Source: Nitrospirota bacterium (GTDB lineage Bacteria > Nitrospirota > UBA9217). From it: DNA of 64,000 bases. The stretch lies in contig CAWJQQ010000009.1 in the NCBI GenBank assembly GCA_963845065.1, positions 320,001 through 384,000 of the forward strand. Reading direction: 5' to 3'. The translations under genes and the position numbers were made by a program. Below, piece by piece: positions 60,876-64,000 of this stretch (positions are counted from its first letter, which is position 1; the number at the start of each line of letters is the position of its first letter). The notes under the pieces were generated by a model. That model made no database searches, was not told the DNA's origin, and saw only the letters and a program-made list of their open reading frames with translations.

Positions 60876-61778
60876 ATGGACCGACGAAAATTTCTAAAAT
60901 TGGCAGCGCTGACTGGTGCAGGCCTTTCGTTGCCCGCAGGGTTGAACCTGATGGCCGAGGCTGCAGAGACAACCCTCCATCCCGATCTCGTGATTGCACA
61001 CGGCGTGTCCCCTGAAAAGATCGTGAGGGCGGCCATCGACGCCATGGGCGGGATCAAGAAGTTTGTTTCGCGAGGCGATATCGTCGTAATCAAACCGAAT
61101 ATCGGCTGGGACCGGACTCCAGAGCAGGCCGGGGACACGAATCCGGAAGTCGTTGCTGCAGTGGTAAAACTCTGTTTCGAGGCCGGCGCCAAGAAGGTAA
61201 GGGTCTTCGACAGGCCAGTGAACGATCCGCGGCGGTGCTTTGTCCAGAGCGGGATAGCACCAGCAGCGGCTGCTTTGGGTGCAAATGTCGATTATGTGGA
61301 CGACCGAAAGTTTAAGGACATGGATATCAACGGGACAGTGCTCAAGTCCTGGCCGCTCTATACGGAGATCTTTGAAGCGGATAAGGTGATCAATATCCCG
61401 ATTGCGAAGCACCACGGTCTTGCTAAACTTACGATGTCCATGAAAAACTGGATGGGAGTAATGGGAGGAGAGCGCCGCCAGATTCATCAGAAGTTGGACG
61501 AGAGCCTTGTGGATCTCTCTATGAAGATAAAACCGACGCTCACGATCCTCGACGCCGTGCGCATCCTGACGGCGAACGGCCCCCAGGGCGGCGATCTCGC
61601 GGACGTGAAAAAACTCGATACCATCATCGTGGGAGTGGACCAAGTCGCCATTGATTCCTATGGTGCAACGCTCTTCGGATTGAAAGGACGCGACCTCGGG
61701 TATGTAACGCTTGGTCATAAACGCGGGATGGGGCAGATGGATCTGAACAAAGTGAGGATCAAGAAGGTCAATGTTTAA
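60876..61778 (+). CDS. Tat-exported DUF362 domain protein
   Basis: MDRRKFLK twin-arginine signal, IKPNIGW, TNPEVV, KHHG..MKNWMG, GPQGG. Confidence 0.88.
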   Translation: MDRRKFLKLAALTGAGLSLPAGLNLMAEAAETTLHPDLVIAHGVSPEKIVRAAIDAMGGIKKFVSRGDIVVIKPNIGWDRTPEQAGDTNPEVVAAVVKLCFEAGAKKVRVFDRPVNDPRRCFVQSGIAPAAAALGANVDYVDDRKFKDMDINGTVLKSWPLYTEIFEADKVINIPIAKHHGLAKLTMSMKNWMGVMGGERRQIHQKLDESLVDLSMKIKPTLTILDAVRILTANGPQGGDLADVKKLDTIIVGVDQVAIDSYGATLFGLKGRDLGYVTLGHKRGMGQMDLNKVRIKKVNV

Positions 61779-61918
61779 TCAAAGGTGAAGTGAGATTGGA
61801 CCCGCATCAGTTAGGCCGGAGCTACTGTGAGATGGAGCTTTTTTAAGCGTAGTAGATGGAGAAAATAGTCGAGGAAAAATTCAAAGGGTCGTGGAGAAGA
61901 AGTGTCATTTAGCCTTAC

Positions 61919-63582
61919 CAAACTATCCGCAGAAAGCCCCTGGTTTTAACCATGGGGATGAATGCGGGAACTTTGTTTTTCGGCAATTAGTAGACAAATG
62001 TACATCTATGTGGTATATTCAAACAACCAATGCCGAATAAACCTAAAACCCCATCTTGTATTCACGAGTTTCAACTCGTAGTGACTCCAAAGGACAATCG
62101 AATGCTCGATGCCCGGCTCGAAGCTGGCCGTTATCTATATAATGCCTGCCTTGGTGAAGCGATGAAGCGTCTTACTGCCATGCGGCGATCAGAAAAATGG
62201 CTCGTGGCGATCACGAAGAAGAAAAGCAAGCTTCGCACCAAGATGTTTAAGACAGCCAGAACCCAGGCTGAATATACTGAATACCACCTTCATAACTACG
62301 TCGGTATCCTCCGCAATTCCTGCTGGATCAGTGAGCATATTGACAGCCTGACCGCCCAGAAGATAGCATCTCGAGCATATAGCGCCGTCGCTGACTACGA
62401 GTTTGGGAAGCATGGCAAACCACGTTTCAAGCGCCATGGCTGGATGTCGTCCCTTGAAGGTAAAAACAACAAATCCGGTATTCGGTGGTGCGATGACCAT
62501 GTGGAGTGGACCGGCCTTCGTCTCAACTGTGTCTTCGATAAGAAAGACAAGTTTGGCGTTCAGACTCATGCACTTAGCCATGATGTCAAGTACGTTCGTC
62601 TGGTCAAGAAAACTATCCGCGGCAATCCCCGCTGGTTTGCCCAACTTGTGCTTAAAGGCACGGCCAAGATCAAGCGTGAGAACCAGATTGGCACCGAAAC
62701 TGTCGGCCTTGACATTGGCCCGTCGACAGTTGCCATCGTTGGTGATACCGATGCGTTACTACTCGAATTTTGCCCTGAAGTCGAGATACCGTTTAAACGT
62801 ATCAAGACCGTCCAGCGCACAATGGCCAGAAGCCTTCGTGCTACCAACCCGGGCAACTACAACGGAGACAAAACCATCAAAACGGGTAAAAAACAGTGGG
62901 TCTTTTCTGCTCAATACCGTGTTCTTAAAGCTAAGCTCGCCGAACTTCAAAGAATCCTTGCTGAAACCAGAAAACGGTCTCATGGCAAGCTCGTGAACAA
63001 AGTCCTCACTCTCGGTACCGACATCAAAACCGAGAAACTGTCGTACAAAGCATTTCAGAAACTCTATGGTAAAAGTATTTCGCGACGAGCTCCGGGGATG
63101 TTTATGTCGATGCTTCACCACAAAGCCGAAAACGCTGGCGGTAAAGTAACCGATTTTTCTACCCGGAGCACAAAGCTTTCCCAGACATGCCATTGCGGAA
63201 CAGTAGCCAAAAAATCATTGTCCCAAAGATGGCATGCCTGCAACTGCGGGGTAAGCACCCAGCGTGATCTCTATTCCGCATTCCTTGCAAAGCATGTTTC
63301 TAACGATGTCCTCGACACGCGTCAGGCTGCCAAAGCCTGGCCGGGTGCAAACCTGCTCCTGGAACGGGCGGTGTTGGGGGTGCAGCATGAAGCGGCAAAG
63401 GGTAGAATTCATCCAACCAGCTTCAGTATCAAGCACGAGAACACCACGAACCGGAGACAGAGCTGCTTGTCCGTTAAAGGCGGATCAACGACAGTCGAGG
63501 CCGACAACGTTCGTATTGTTGCCGGAGAGCCTGTCGGTACAGCCGCTAGAACCCCCTGGCTTTAGACATGGGGAGTGGTCAG
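61919..63582 (+). mobile_element. IS200/IS605-family tnpB-only element, copy 2, 1664 bp
   Basis: TTAC|CAAACTATCCGCAGAAAG..GGGGAGTGGTCAG. Near-identical to 37774-39437 (offset 24145) with different flanks. Confidence 0.95.
62030..63565 (+). CDS. tnpB: RNA-guided endonuclease TnpB
   Basis: 511 aa; I count 9 substitutions versus copy 1. RuvC D/E/D and Zn finger are intact. Confidence 0.95.
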   Translation: MPNKPKTPSCIHEFQLVVTPKDNRMLDARLEAGRYLYNACLGEAMKRLTAMRRSEKWLVAITKKKSKLRTKMFKTARTQAEYTEYHLHNYVGILRNSCWISEHIDSLTAQKIASRAYSAVADYEFGKHGKPRFKRHGWMSSLEGKNNKSGIRWCDDHVEWTGLRLNCVFDKKDKFGVQTHALSHDVKYVRLVKKTIRGNPRWFAQLVLKGTAKIKRENQIGTETVGLDIGPSTVAIVGDTDALLLEFCPEVEIPFKRIKTVQRTMARSLRATNPGNYNGDKTIKTGKKQWVFSAQYRVLKAKLAELQRILAETRKRSHGKLVNKVLTLGTDIKTEKLSYKAFQKLYGKSISRRAPGMFMSMLHHKAENAGGKVTDFSTRSTKLSQTCHCGTVAKKSLSQRWHACNCGVSTQRDLYSAFLAKHVSNDVLDTRQAAKAWPGANLLLERAVLGVQHEAAKGRIHPTSFSIKHENTTNRRQSCLSVKGGSTTVEADNVRIVAGEPVGTAARTPWL

Positions 63583-63704
63583 TGTGTTAACTATAACTTG
63601 CCTTTTTCTTCCATCTGTATTATCATTTCAACGAAAATGTGCCGGTATACTCCGCGTCTTGACGCGGGGTTCTTGACTCATTTAGCCAGCGAACTGAATA
63701 GATC

Positions 63705-64000
63705 ATGCAAAACCTTCGTAGACTGACCCAGGGGCTAGTACTCCTTTTTTTCCTCTTTCTGTTTATCCAGACCGAGTCAAGGGGAATTGACGATCTTGGG
63801 TATCCCGTGCGCCTGTTTCTCGATTTTAACCCCCTTATCTTCATCACGACAATCCTGTCCGCCCATGCCGCAGCAAAGGCTTTTTACTTTTCCCTTATAA
63901 CTATTGTCATCACGCTCGTCTTCGGGAGGGTTTTCTGCGGATGGGCCTGTCCGCTTGGCACCCTGAATAACCTCGTCGGTTCTATCAGAAAAAATAAGCC
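63705..64000 (+). CDS. Membrane 4Fe-4S binding protein (NapH/MauN-like), 3'-truncated by window edge
   Basis: Not in the ORF track. Translates as MQNLRRLTQGLVLLFFLFLF..GRVFCGWACPLGTL, with a CxxxCP motif after TM helices. Confidence 0.85.
   Translation, partial: MQNLRRLTQGLVLLFFLFLFIQTESRGIDDLGYPVRLFLDFNPLIFITTILSAHAAAKAFYFSLITIVITLVFGRVFCGWACPLGTLNNLVGSIRKNK

Noticed and set aside
1..64000. CRISPR array, rRNA, prophage or integrase at tRNA-Leu
   Set aside because: By eye I found no regularly spaced repeats, rRNA signatures, integrase or duplicated tRNA 3' end.

Overview
This is a 64-kb bacterial chromosomal window. Gene content suggests an anaerobic diderm of Nitrospirota/Desulfobacterota type, which is an inference and not a taxonomic call. 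Housekeeping blocks: pbp1A-ileS-lspA-lgt-rluD, rlmN, dtd, tRNA-Leu(CAG), bamD, tsaD, glgC, trpEGDCFBA and accD. Energy and redox genes: a group 3c-like [NiFe]-hydrogenase operon with two paralogous V4R-like proteins but no mvhD/hdr, NfnAB, a stand-alone CooS and a large acyl-CoA dehydratase activase. Stress and signalling genes: a CIRCE-controlled Hsp20 pair, a csp gene, a DEAD-box helicase, HD-GYP and GGDEF proteins, and a compact Crp-adenylate cyclase-phosphodiesterase module between trpA and accD. The most striking layer, largely missed by the ORF track, is a series of IS200/IS605 (TnpB/omegaRNA) elements at different stages of decay. (1) Two intact 1664-bp tnpB-only elements insert after TTAC and end in TCAG, fitting the IS608 guide/cleavage pairing rules. 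(2) A 48-bp left-end/right-end chimeric scar of the same family. (3) Two 328-bp non-coding MITE-like copies of a second family sit antisense exactly on the stop codons of trpA and the phosphodiesterase gene and supply those stops with their right ends. (4) An internally deleted tnpB and a probable further 3' remnant.
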